Source: Pseudomonas aeruginosa (lineage in GTDB: Bacteria > Pseudomonadota > Gammaproteobacteria > Pseudomonadales > Pseudomonadaceae). From it: a stretch of DNA of 32,000 nt. Below the pieces are notes generated by a model. The model was not told where the DNA came from. It saw only the letters and a list, made by a program, of their open reading frames with translations, and made no database searches. Numbering within the stretch: position 1 is the stretch's first letter; each line of letters begins with the position of its first letter. Positions 11,078-20,293 of the stretch are shown piece by piece. The stretch is from NCBI RefSeq assembly GCF_001457615.1, contig NZ_LN831024.1:480001-512000 (forward strand), in the 5' to 3' direction. The translations under genes were made by a program, and so were the position numbers.

Positions 11078-12301
11078 TCAGATCACCTTGCCGTCGCGCA
11101 GCCTTTCCAGCGCGGCCGCGTCCAGGCCGAGGAGCGTCTCGAGGACCTCGTCGGTGTGCTGGCCGAGGGTGGGCGGCGGGTTGCGGTATTCCACCGGCGT
11201 CTCGGACAGGCGGATCGGGCTGGCTACCTGCGGCACCGTCCCGGCCAGCGGGTGCGGTAGCTCCACGCGCAGGCCGCGGGCCTGCACCTGCGGGTCGGCG
11301 AACACCTGCGCCAGGTCGTTGATCGGCCCGCAGGGCACGCCGGCGCGCTCCAGGGAAAGAATCCACTCGGCGGTGGTGTGCAGCACCGTGGCCTGGCGGA
11401 TCAGCGGGATCAGCACCTCGCGGTTGGCCACCCGCGCCTTGTTGGTGGCGAAGCGCGGGTCGTCGGCCCATTCCGGGTGGTCTGCCAGCTCGGCGAACTT
11501 GCGGAACTGGCTGTCGTTGCCGACCGTGAGGATCATGTCGCCGTCGGCGGTGGGGAAGTCCTGGTACGGCACGATGTTCGGGTGTGCGTTGCCCAGGCGC
11601 CGCGGCGGCACGCCGGTGGTCAGGTAGTTGAGGGTCTGGTTGGCCAGGCAGGCGACCTGCACGTCGAGCAGGGCCATGTCGATGTGCTGGCCGATGCCGC
11701 TGACGTCGCGGTGGGCGAGGGCGGCGAGCACCGCGGTGGAGGAGTACAGCCCGGTGAGGATATCGGTCAGCGCCACGCCGACCTTCACCGGACCGGCGCC
11801 TTCCTCGTTGTCGGCGCGCCCGGTGAGGCTCATCAGGCCGCCCAGGCCCTGGATCATGAAGTCATAGCCGGCGCGCTTGGCATAGGGGCCGGACTGGCCG
11901 AAGCCGGTGATCGAACAGTAGATCAGCTTCGGGTTGACCTGCTTCAGCGATTCATAGTCGAGGCCATAGGCCTTGAGCCCGCCGACCTTGAAGTTCTCCA
12001 GCAGGATGTCGGCCTTGGCCGCCAGTTCGCGAACGATGCGCTGGCCTTCCGGCTGGGTGAAGTCCACCGTCACCGACTTCTTGTTGCGGTTGGCCGACAG
12101 GTAGTAGGCCGCCTCGCTGGTGTCGTTGCCTTCGGCATCCTTGAGGAACGGCGGGCCCCAGGCGCGGGTGTCGTCGCCGCTGCCGGGGCGCTCGATCTTG
12201 ATCACCTCGGCGCCGAGGTCGGCGAGGATCTGCCCGGCCCAGGGGCCGGCCAGGACACGGGACAGGTCGAGTACGCGGATATGGGAAAGGGCGCCGGGCA
12301 T
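11078..12301 (-). CDS. gcdG: Family III (CaiB/BaiF) CoA-transferase; glutarate / succinyl-CoA CoA-transferase.
   Basis: 407 aa. The N-terminal IRVLDLSRVLAGPWAGQILADLGAEVIKIERP is typical of class III CoA-transferases. It lies immediately downstream of gcdH on the same strand. Confidence 0.85.
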   Translation of the reverse strand: MPGALSHIRVLDLSRVLAGPWAGQILADLGAEVIKIERPGSGDDTRAWGPPFLKDAEGNDTSEAAYYLSANRNKKSVTVDFTQPEGQRIVRELAAKADILLENFKVGGLKAYGLDYESLKQVNPKLIYCSITGFGQSGPYAKRAGYDFMIQGLGGLMSLTGRADNEEGAGPVKVGVALTDILTGLYSSTAVLAALAHRDVSGIGQHIDMALLDVQVACLANQTLNYLTTGVPPRRLGNAHPNIVPYQDFPTADGDMILTVGNDSQFRKFAELADHPEWADDPRFATNKARVANREVLIPLIRQATVLHTTAEWILSLERAGVPCGPINDLAQVFADPQVQARGLRVELPHPLAGTVPQVASPIRLSETPVEYRNPPPTLGQHTDEVLETLLGLDAAALERLRDGKVI

Positions 12302-12420
12302 GACGGTTCTCGCTGCTGGGGGCTGGAAACGGAAATGGCCGGGAAGACGGGTTCCTTGCCCGTCTCCCCGGCGGCCGGCGCGCTACCGTGAAAAAGCGCG
12401 CCGGGGTGTTGCTCGGTGGC

Positions 12421-13602
12421 TCAGAAGAATGCCTGGATGCCGGTCTGCGCGCGGCCGAGGATCAGCGCGTGGACATCGTGGGTGCCCTCGTAGGTGTTCA
12501 CCACTTCCAGGTTGACCAGGTGGCGGGCGATGCCGAATTCGTCGGAGATGCCGTTGCCGCCCAGCATGTCGCGGGCCAGGCGGGCGATGTCGAGGGCCTT
12601 GCCGCAGCTGTTGCGCTTCATGATCGAGGTGATTTCCACCGCCGCGGTGCCTTCGTCCTTCATCCGCCCCAGGCGCAGGCAGCCTTGCAGGGCCAGGGTG
12701 ATCTCGGTCTGCATGTCGGCCAGCTTCTTCTGGATCAGTTGGTTGGCGGCCAGCGGGCGGCCGAACTGCTGGCGGTCGAGCACGTACTGGCGGGCGGTGT
12801 GCCAGCAGAATTCGGCGGCGCCCAGGGCGCCCCAGGAGATCCCGTAGCGCGCCGAGTTCAGGCAGGTGAACGGACCGCGCAGGCCGCGCACTTCGGGGAA
12901 GGCGTTCTCTTCCGGAACGAACACGTTGTCCATCACGATCTCGCCGGTGATCGAGGCACGCAGGCCGACCTTGCCATGGATCGCCGGGGCGCTCAGACCT
13001 TCCCAGCCCTTCTCGAGGACGAAGCCGCGGATCTGCCCTTCGTCATCCTTGGCCCAGACCACGAAGACGTCGGCGATCGGGCTGTTGGTGATCCACATCT
13101 TGCTGCCGCTCAGGCGATAGCCGCCGTCGACCTTCTTCGCCCGGGTGACCATCGAGCCCGGGTCGGAACCGTGGTTCGGCTCGGTCAGGCCGAAGCAGCC
13201 GATGTATTCGCCGCTGGCCAGCTTGGGCAGGTACTTCTGCCGGGTGGCTTCGTTGCCGAATTCATGGATCGGCACCATCACCAGCGAGGACTGCACGCTC
13301 ATCATCGAGCGATAGCCGGAGTCGACGCGCTCGACTTCGCGAGCGATCAGGCCATAGCAGACGTAGTTGAGGCCGCTGCCGCCGTAGGCTTCGGGAATGG
13401 TCGCGCCGAGCAGGCCGGTCTCGCCCATCTCGCGGAAGATCTTCGGGTCGGTCTGTTCGTGGCGGAAGGCTTCGAGCACGCGCGGGGCCAGCTTGTCCTG
13501 GGCGAACTGCTGGGCGCTGTCGCGAACCATGCGCTCTTCTTCGGTGAGCTGCTGGTCCAGCAGCAGGGGATCTTCCCAGTTGAAGCTAGCTTTGGTGGCC
13601 AT
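12421..13602 (-). CDS. gcdH: Glutaryl-CoA dehydrogenase
   Basis: 393 aa acyl-CoA dehydrogenase with [17 protein letters not shown] and a C-terminal [14 protein letters not shown] typical of GCDH. GAGGA SD. Confidence 0.93.
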   Translation of the reverse strand: MATKASFNWEDPLLLDQQLTEEERMVRDSAQQFAQDKLAPRVLEAFRHEQTDPKIFREMGETGLLGATIPEAYGGSGLNYVCYGLIAREVERVDSGYRSMMSVQSSLVMVPIHEFGNEATRQKYLPKLASGEYIGCFGLTEPNHGSDPGSMVTRAKKVDGGYRLSGSKMWITNSPIADVFVVWAKDDEGQIRGFVLEKGWEGLSAPAIHGKVGLRASITGEIVMDNVFVPEENAFPEVRGLRGPFTCLNSARYGISWGALGAAEFCWHTARQYVLDRQQFGRPLAANQLIQKKLADMQTEITLALQGCLRLGRMKDEGTAAVEITSIMKRNSCGKALDIARLARDMLGGNGISDEFGIARHLVNLEVVNTYEGTHDVHALILGRAQTGIQAFF

Positions 13603-13715
13603 GCGTACATCCTCGTCAAGCGGTAGCGGAGGCTGGCGTGGGCCAGCCGGAATGGAAGCATCCTAAGAGCCTAGCGAATGGGGCGGCAAACGAGGAATTC
13701 GCACGCACTTGTGCT

Positions 13716-13736
13716 ATTTTCTCACTCCGAGAAAAT
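13716..13736. promoter_or_regulatory. LysR-type T-N11-A dyad; candidate GcdR operator in the gcdH/gcdR divergent spacer.
   Basis: ATTTTCTC-actcc-GAGAAAAT, with 8-bp perfect arms and containing T-N11-A. It lies about 115 nt from the gcdH ATG and about 87 nt from the gcdR ATG. Confidence 0.55.
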
Positions 13737-13822
13737 GAGTCTCGTATTTCATGCCCTTGAAGAGGCGCGAGGAATCGTGACCTGGGCGTCATAGATGCGA
13801 AACCGGCACTCCGGAGTCCTCC

Positions 13823-14731
13823 ATGCGACGCAAGATCCCTTCCACCGCCGCGCTGGTCAGCTTCGAATCCGCCGCGCGCCACGAGAGCTTCACCAAGGCG
13901 GCGGAGGAGTTGTCCCTGACCCAGAGCGCGATCTGCCGGCAGATCGCCACGCTCGAGGAGTTCCTCGGTGTCGAGCTGTTCCGTCGCTCGCGGCGCGGGG
14001 TCAAGCTCACCGAGGCCGGGCTGTCCTATAGCCGGCGGGTGGCGGTACGCCTCGACGCGGTGGAGCGCGACACCCTGGCGGTGATGGGGCACCAGGGCGG
14101 CGGCGCGATCGAACTGGCGGTGGTGCCGACCTTCGGCACCCAATGGCTGTTGCCGCGGCTCAAGCGTTTCCAGCGGCTGCACCCGGAGGTCACGATCAAC
14201 CTGACCAACCGCACCCGCCCGTTCCTCTTCGCCGACACCGAGTTCGACGCCGCGCTGTACTTCGGCGACGCCGACTGGTCGGGTACCGTCTCGCATTTCC
14301 TGATGCGCGAGAATCCGGTGCCGGTGTGCAGCCCGGAGCTGCTGGGCGGGCGTCGAACGCTGAGCGCCGAGCAGGTCGCCGGGCTGCCGCTGATGCAGCA
14401 GAGCACCCGGCCCTACGCTTGGCGCCAGTGGTTTCACTCCCAGGGACTGAACGTCGCCCACGACATGAGCGGGCCGCGCTACGAGCTGTTCTCCATGCTT
14501 GCCCAGGCGGCCATGCACGGCATGGGCGTGGCCCTCATACCGCCCTTCCTGATCCAGGACGAGCTGGCCGACGGAAGGCTTATCGTGCCCATGCAACATG
14601 CCTATTTGAGCGAGAATGCGTATTACCTGATCATTCCCGAGCGCAGGGTCGAATCGGCGATGCTCAATGCCTTCCGCGACTGGCTGGTGGAAGAGGCCAG
14701 GCAGTACCGCGAGGCCAACGGGCTGGGCTGA
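13823..14731 (+). CDS. gcdR: LysR-family transcriptional regulator, divergent from gcdHG.
   Basis: 302 aa. N-terminal wHTH LVSFESAARHESFTKAAEELSLTQSAICRQIATLEEFLG. GGAG SD. The divergent arrangement with the target operon is classic for LysR regulators. Confidence 0.85.
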   Translation: MRRKIPSTAALVSFESAARHESFTKAAEELSLTQSAICRQIATLEEFLGVELFRRSRRGVKLTEAGLSYSRRVAVRLDAVERDTLAVMGHQGGGAIELAVVPTFGTQWLLPRLKRFQRLHPEVTINLTNRTRPFLFADTEFDAALYFGDADWSGTVSHFLMRENPVPVCSPELLGGRRTLSAEQVAGLPLMQQSTRPYAWRQWFHSQGLNVAHDMSGPRYELFSMLAQAAMHGMGVALIPPFLIQDELADGRLIVPMQHAYLSENAYYLIIPERRVESAMLNAFRDWLVEEARQYREANGLG

Positions 14732-14882
14732 ACGCGCAGGAACATCGGGTGGCGCAGGCAGGACGCGCCGCCCCGGGACCGGGCCGATCCGCCGGGTCCC
14801 GCGGAGCCGCGGCGGCGATACCGCCGGGCATCCTCCACGACGGCCAGGATGGCGGCCGTGGGGCACCACACCAGGAGTTCAC

Positions 14883-15287
14883 ATGAATTTCCACACCCGC
14901 AAGTGGGTCAAGCCAGAAGATCTCAACCCCAACGGCACCCTGTTCGGCGGCAGCCTGCTGCGCTGGATCGACGAAGAAGCGGCGATCTACGCGATCATCC
15001 AGCTGGGCAACCAGCGCGTGGTCACCAAGTACATTTCCGAGATCAACTTCGTCAGCTCGGCGCGCCAGGGCGACATCATCGAGCTGGGCATCACCGCCAC
15101 CGACTTCGGTCGTACCTCGCTGACCATGACCTGCCACGTGCGCAACAAGATCACCCGCAAGAGCATCCTCACCATCGACAAGATGGTCTTCGTCAACCTC
15201 GGCCCGGACGGCCTGCCGGCGCCCCACGGCAAGACCGAGATCACCTACATCAAGGACCAGTTCAAGGAAGACGAAGTCCTGCCCTGA
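14883..15287 (+). CDS. Hotdog-fold acyl-CoA thioesterase (YciA-like)
   Basis: I trimmed the ORF to the ATG at 14883 (MNFHTRKWVKPEDLNPNGTLFGGSLLRWIDEEAAIYA, 134 aa), which has an AGGAG SD. The 72-aa upstream extension in the track is Arg/Gly/Pro-rich non-coding sequence. Confidence 0.8.
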   Translation: MNFHTRKWVKPEDLNPNGTLFGGSLLRWIDEEAAIYAIIQLGNQRVVTKYISEINFVSSARQGDIIELGITATDFGRTSLTMTCHVRNKITRKSILTIDKMVFVNLGPDGLPAPHGKTEITYIKDQFKEDEVLP

Positions 15288-15299
15288 TCGGCGCGACGA

Positions 15300-15330
15300 G
15301 CGGCCGGCACCCGTGCCGGCCGCCGTGTTT
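15300..15330. terminator. GC-rich hairpin between the convergent thioesterase and PiT genes.
   Basis: GCGGCCGGCAC-cc-GTGCCGGCCGC, with 11-bp arms, followed by cgtgTTT on the + strand. It fills the 42-bp gap between the two stop codons. Confidence 0.6.
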
Positions 15331-16952
15331 CAGAACAGCCGGGTGAGCAGCCAGTAGAGCGAGGCCGAGAGCAGGATCGCCGCCGGCAGCGTCAGCACCC
15401 AGGCCATCAGCAGGTTGCGGATGGTCTTCCACTGTAGTCCCGAACCGTTCGCCGCCATGGTCCCGGCCACCCCGGAAGACAGTACATGGGTGGTGGATAC
15501 CGGCAAGCCATACAGGTCCGCCGCGCCAATGGTCAGCATCGCCACGGTTTCCGCCGAGGCGCCCTGGGCGTAGGTCAGGTGGGTCTTGCCGATCTTCTCG
15601 CCGACCGTCACCACGATGCGTTTCCAGCCGACCATGGTGCCCAGGCCGAGGGCGATGGCCACGGCGATCTTCACCCATAGCGGGATGAACTTGGTGGCGT
15701 CGTCGATCTTCCGCTTGAACGCCTGCAACTTGCCGCGGGTGTCGGCGTCGAAGCGGCCGACGTCGTCCTTGTCCATCAGGCGGATCGCCTCGGAGGTCAG
15801 GTACATGTCGTTGCGCACGTTGCCCATGGCTTGCGCCGGTACCCGCGAGAACGCGCCATAGCCTTTCACTTCCTGGCCGATCGAGCCGGTCAGGGCGGCC
15901 AGCGCCGGGATCAGCTCAGGCGATGCCTGCTTGCTGCGCACGTAGTCGGAGAGTACCTGGCGCGGATCGGCCGGCGCCGGTTGCGGCGCGCTCTTCACCA
16001 GCGCTTGCCGGGTGACCTCGGCGACGGCGGCGAACTGCACTGCCTGGTCCGCCGGCATGGTGCGGTTCAGGGCGTAGGCCATCGGCAGGGTGCCGACCAG
16101 GATCAGCATGATCAGGCCCATGCCTTTCTGCCCGTCGTTGGAGCCGTGGGCGAAGGACACCCCGGTACAGGTCAGGATCAGCAGGCCGCGGATCCACCAG
16201 GGCGGCGGCGCCTTGCCCTTCGGCGCCTTGTACAGCGCGCGGTTCTTCACCAGCAGGCGCAGCGCCAGGAGCAGCAGGGCGGCGCAGGCGAAGCCGATCA
16301 GCGGCGAGAGCAGCAGGGAATAGCCGACCTTGGTCGCCTGGCCCCAGTCCACCCCGCTGGTGCCGTCGCGCCCGTGCATCAGCGCGTTGGCCACGCCGAC
16401 GCCGATGATCGAGCCGATCAGGGTGTGCGAGGACGACGCCGGCAGGCCCAGCCACCAGGTCCCGAGGTTCCACAGGATGGCGGCGATCAGCAGGGCGAAG
16501 ACCATGGCGAAGCCGGCCGAGGAACCGACCTGCAGGATCAGTTCCACCGGCAGCAGGGCGATGATGCCGAAGGCCACCGCGCCGCTGGAGAGCAATACGC
16601 CGAGAAAGTTGAAGCAACCCGACCAGACCACCGCGAAGTGCGGCGGCAGCGAGTGGGTGTAGATCACCGTGGCCACCGCGTTGGCAGTGTCGTGGAAGCC
16701 GTTGACGAACTCGAAGCCGAGGGCGATCAGCAGGGCCACGCCGAGCAGCAGGAAGGGCGTCCAGGTGGTGATCGCGGAACCGACGTCATCGACGTCCTGC
16801 ATCAGGCTGTAGGCGCTGAACAGCAGTCCGGTGGCGAGCACGGCGAAGAATACGAAGGCGGTGAGGCGGCCGGGGCGCTGCTCGAGATGGGGCTTGTGCG
16901 CGTTGCCGGCGGCACTGGCGACGGCGACGGCGGGAAGGACATCGGAGGTCAT
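15330..16952 (-). CDS. Inorganic phosphate transporter, PiT (PHO4) family.
   Basis: FEFVNGFHDTANAVATVIYT matches the E. coli PitA signature, with a second half-repeat GSNDGQKGMG. The start is uncertain: ATG at 16952 (MTSDVL) or ATG at 16985. Neither has a good SD. Confidence 0.88.
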   Translation of the reverse strand: MTSDVLPAVAVASAAGNAHKPHLEQRPGRLTAFVFFAVLATGLLFSAYSLMQDVDDVGSAITTWTPFLLLGVALLIALGFEFVNGFHDTANAVATVIYTHSLPPHFAVVWSGCFNFLGVLLSSGAVAFGIIALLPVELILQVGSSAGFAMVFALLIAAILWNLGTWWLGLPASSSHTLIGSIIGVGVANALMHGRDGTSGVDWGQATKVGYSLLLSPLIGFACAALLLLALRLLVKNRALYKAPKGKAPPPWWIRGLLILTCTGVSFAHGSNDGQKGMGLIMLILVGTLPMAYALNRTMPADQAVQFAAVAEVTRQALVKSAPQPAPADPRQVLSDYVRSKQASPELIPALAALTGSIGQEVKGYGAFSRVPAQAMGNVRNDMYLTSEAIRLMDKDDVGRFDADTRGKLQAFKRKIDDATKFIPLWVKIAVAIALGLGTMVGWKRIVVTVGEKIGKTHLTYAQGASAETVAMLTIGAADLYGLPVSTTHVLSSGVAGTMAANGSGLQWKTIRNLLMAWVLTLPAAILLSASLYWLLTRLF

Positions 16953-17331
16953 GGTGCGGGTCCGCGCTGGGGATGACCGGCACATGATGGGCAGGCGTTT
17001 GTGACAAGTTATGTCTTTCGCATACCGGCTTCGTCTGGCGAAGAAAGGACAAGGGCCGCGGGAGGCCGCCGGAAGCCGGATGGGGTCGGGCGCCAGGCGG
17101 CCTGCCCGCTGCGGCCGCGAAGATTAATGAATTCCTGTGGCGAGTGCCATCATTTCGTCGCTAAAAAGTTGGCATGTTGAGGGATTTGCCGATCCGGACA
17201 CGCGCGGGGAAGGCGAGAGCCACTGGACTAGACTGAGAAGTGCGCGGCGGGGCCGGTCGCTTGCCGGCCCGGTGCGCGGGACGAGCGCCTTCGTCCCGGG
17301 GTGGCCCGGCCGGGCGGTCGGGGAGGTCGAT

Positions 17332-18663
17332 ATGCGGATGCCGTGCCGGCTCGCGCTGGCGCTGTTGCTGTGCTTCGCCGGCCCGGCCTGTCTCGCGGCC
17401 TCCGGACCGGTACGGGTGCTCTCGGTGGATGGTGCGATCGGCCCGGCCAGCGCCGATTACCTGGTGCGCGGCATCGAGCGTGCCGCCGAGGACGGCGCGC
17501 AACTGGTGGTGCTGGAACTGGACACGCCCGGCGGCCTGGACGCATCGATGCGGCGCATCGTCAAGGCGATCCTCGCCAGCCAGGTGCCGGTCGCCGGTTT
17601 CGTCGCGCCCAGCGGGGCGCGGGCGGCGAGCGCCGGCACCTACATCCTGTATGCCTGCCATATCGCAGCGATGGCGCCGGGGACCAACCTCGGCGCCGCC
17701 ACCCCGGTGCGCCTGGGGACGCCGGACAAGCCCGCAGAGAAGCCCCCGGCGCGGGACGCCGAACCCATGGCGCGCAAGCAGGTCAACGACGCCGCCGCCT
17801 ATATCCGTGGCCTCGCGCAGTTGCGCGGGCGCAACGTCGAATGGGCCGAGCGCGCGGTGCGCGAGGCGGTCAGCCTGGCGGCGCACGAGGCGGCGGCGCA
17901 GAAGGTGATCGACCTGCAGGCCCGCGACCTGCCCGACCTGCTGCGCCAGCTCGACGGCCGCAGCCTGCGCGTCGGCGAGCGCGCGCTTACCCTGGCTACC
18001 GCCGGCGCCACGGTCGAGCGCCAGGCACCGGACTGGCGCGCGCGGTTGCTGGCGGTGCTCACCGATCCCAGCGTGGCGCTGATCCTGATGATGATCGGCA
18101 TCTACGGGCTGATCTTCGAACTGGCCAATCCCGGCATGGCGTTGCCCGGCGTGCTCGGCGGCATCTGCCTGCTGCTTGGCCTGTACGCCCTGCAGATGCT
18201 GCCGGTCAACTACGCCGGGCTGGCGCTGATCGCGCTGGGCCTGGCGTTCATGGTGGGCGAGGCGTTCGTCGCCAGCTTCGGCGTGCTCGGCATCGGCGGA
18301 ATCGTCTCGTTCGTGGTCGGCGCGCTGATCCTGATCGATACCGAGGTGCCCGGCTACGGCATTCCGCCCGGCCTGGTGGTGGCCCTGGCGTTGCTCAGCG
18401 CCGCGCTGATCGTCGGTCTGCTGGGCATGGCCCTGCGTACTCGCCGGCAAGCGGTGGTAAGTGGCACCGCCGGATTGGTCGGCAGCCTGGCGACGGTGGC
18501 GGCGGTGGATTCCGAACAACCCTGCGCAGGCTGGGTGCTGCTCCAGGGCGAGCGCTGGCGGGTGCTCGCCGCGCGGCCGCTGGCGGTGGGCCAGCCGGTC
18601 TGGGTGCTGGCGCGCAAGGGCCTGCTCCTGGAAGTCGCGCTGGCCGATGAAGGAGGTGGATGA
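17332..18663 (+). CDS. nfeD: Long-form NfeD: membrane-bound ClpP-class (S49) serine protease with a C-terminal OB domain; stomatin operon partner.
   Basis: I trimmed the ORF to the ATG at 17332 ([24 protein letters not shown], a signal peptide), which has a GGGGAGG SD. The protease core reads [14 protein letters not shown]...[16 protein letters not shown]. There are 4-5 TM helices and a C-terminal beta-rich NfeD domain. The 3' end overlaps the SPFH gene start. Confidence 0.88.
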   Translation: MRMPCRLALALLLCFAGPACLAASGPVRVLSVDGAIGPASADYLVRGIERAAEDGAQLVVLELDTPGGLDASMRRIVKAILASQVPVAGFVAPSGARAASAGTYILYACHIAAMAPGTNLGAATPVRLGTPDKPAEKPPARDAEPMARKQVNDAAAYIRGLAQLRGRNVEWAERAVREAVSLAAHEAAAQKVIDLQARDLPDLLRQLDGRSLRVGERALTLATAGATVERQAPDWRARLLAVLTDPSVALILMMIGIYGLIFELANPGMALPGVLGGICLLLGLYALQMLPVNYAGLALIALGLAFMVGEAFVASFGVLGIGGIVSFVVGALILIDTEVPGYGIPPGLVVALALLSAALIVGLLGMALRTRRQAVVSGTAGLVGSLATVAAVDSEQPCAGWVLLQGERWRVLAARPLAVGQPVWVLARKGLLLEVALADEGGG

Positions 18664-19454
18664 TGGGTATTTCCTATGGTTTGGCGATGTTGCTGGTGTT
18701 CCTCGCGCTGCTGCTGTTCAGCGCGCTGCGCATCCTCCGCGAGTACGAGCGCGGCGTGGTGTTCCAGCTCGGGCGGTTCTGGAAGGTCAAGGGGCCGGGG
18801 CTGGTGCTGGTGATCCCGGCGATCCAGCAGATGGTGCGCATCGACCTGCGCACCATCGTCCTCGACGTGCCGCCGCAGGATGTGATTTCCCGCGACAACG
18901 TTTCGGTGAAGGTCAACGCGGTGGTGTACTTCCGCGTGCTCGATCCGCAGAAGGCGATCATCCAGGTGGAGAACTACCTGGCCGCCACCAGCCAGTTGGC
19001 CCAGACCACCCTGCGCGCGGTGCTGGGCAAGCACGAGCTGGACGAGATGCTCGCCGAGCGCGAGCGCCTGAACCTGGATATCCAGCAAGTGCTCGATGCG
19101 CAGACCGACGCCTGGGGCATCAAGGTGGCGAATGTGGAAATCAAGCACGTCGATCTCAACGAATCGATGGTTCGCGCCATCGCCCGGCAGGCCGAGGCGG
19201 AGCGTGAGCGCAGGGCCAAGGTGATCCATGCCGAGGGCGAGCTGCAAGCCTCGGAGAAACTCATGCAGGCGGCGCAGATGCTCGGCCGGCAGAGTGGCGC
19301 CATGCAGTTGCGCTACATGCAGACCCTCGGCGCGATCGCCGGCGACAAGAGTTCGACCATCGTCTTCCCGATGCCGATCGAACTCTTCGGCGGCAAGTAC
19401 GCAGGTGCCGCGCCGCGGAACGAAAAGGCCGCCGGAGAGGAAGAGGAGAGGTGA
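18660..19454 (+). CDS. SPFH / band-7 (stomatin-like) membrane protein.
   Basis: 264 aa. An N-terminal TM helix is followed by [27 protein letters not shown]...[15 protein letters not shown] and a coiled-coil [17 protein letters not shown]. The ATGATG start (18660 or 18663) overlaps the nfeD TGA. Confidence 0.92.
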   Translation: MMGISYGLAMLLVFLALLLFSALRILREYERGVVFQLGRFWKVKGPGLVLVIPAIQQMVRIDLRTIVLDVPPQDVISRDNVSVKVNAVVYFRVLDPQKAIIQVENYLAATSQLAQTTLRAVLGKHELDEMLAERERLNLDIQQVLDAQTDAWGIKVANVEIKHVDLNESMVRAIARQAEAERERRAKVIHAEGELQASEKLMQAAQMLGRQSGAMQLRYMQTLGAIAGDKSSTIVFPMPIELFGGKYAGAAPRNEKAAGEEEER

Positions 19455-19561
19455 ACGCGTGCGGTTTGTGATGGAAATATCATCGAGCCGCGACACGGGG
19501 ACATGCGTGCCCGGGGTCGGGATGGCTATGCTGTGGCGATCCACTCCCGGGACGCTCCTTC

Positions 19562-20293
19562 ATGCTGCGATGCGCACTCCTGCTGCTGACATTGCTCCTC
19601 CCTTGCGCGCTGCCTGCCGCCAACCTGCGCCTGGTCGGCGACTCCTGGCCGCCTTTCGTCGATTCGCGCCTGCCTGGCAACGGCCTGGCGGTGGAACTGG
19701 TGACCACCGCGCTCAAGCGCGCCGGCTTCGACTCGAGTTTCCAGCAGGTACCCTGGTCGCGTGCCCTGTATGGCGTGCGCAGCGGCGACTACGACATCGC
19801 CCTGAGCGCCTGGTACGAGCCCGCCCGCAGCCTCTACGGGCAGTTTTCCCGCGCCTACCTGAGCAACCGCATCCGCCTGCTGCAACGCAAGGGGCGGGGT
19901 ATCGAGTTTTCCCGCCTGAGCGACCTGCGTCCCTACCGCATCGCGGTCGTGCGCGACTATGCCTACGCGCCCGAATTCGACCGTGACAGCCGTCTGCAGA
20001 AGGTCAACGTGACCAGCTTCGCCAACGCCGCGCGGATGCTCGAGGCGGGGCGGGTCGACCTGGCGGTGGAGGACGAGCTGGCGCTGGGGGTCGCCTTCAA
20101 GGGCGAACTGGCCGATTTGCGCGACAAGCTGGAGGTACTGCCCATCCCGCTTGGCGAGAACGGCCTGCACCTGCTGGTGAGCCTGAGGAATCCCCGGCAT
20201 GACGAGATCGTCGACGGCTTCGACCTGGCCATCCGCGGCATGCGCGACGACGGCAGCTACCAGCGCCTGCTGGAGCGCTACGGCGCGCGCTAG
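19562..20293 (+). CDS. Periplasmic solute-binding protein, family 3 (amino-acid-ABC-type fold); orphan, with no permease or ATPase nearby.
   Basis: 243 aa. Signal peptide MLRCALLLLTLLLPCALPAA. SBP_bac_3-like layout (WPPF...DIALSAWY...RVDLAVEDE). The SD is weak. Confidence 0.72.
   Translation: MLRCALLLLTLLLPCALPAANLRLVGDSWPPFVDSRLPGNGLAVELVTTALKRAGFDSSFQQVPWSRALYGVRSGDYDIALSAWYEPARSLYGQFSRAYLSNRIRLLQRKGRGIEFSRLSDLRPYRIAVVRDYAYAPEFDRDSRLQKVNVTSFANAARMLEAGRVDLAVEDELALGVAFKGELADLRDKLEVLPIPLGENGLHLLVSLRNPRHDEIVDGFDLAIRGMRDDGSYQRLLERYGAR

Noticed and set aside
16998-17019. A Pho-box-like sequence (TGTGACAAGTTATGTCTT) upstream of the PiT transporter.
   Set aside because: After alignment, only one 7-mer (TTGTCAC) resembles CTGTCAC. 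The second half-site and the 4-nt spacing do not fit the PhoB 7-4-7 direct-repeat consensus.
17198-17217. A TGGCAT...TTTGC sigma54-like string in the pit/nfeD spacer.
   Set aside because: The spacing between the GG and GC elements is about 5 nt too long for an RpoN promoter.
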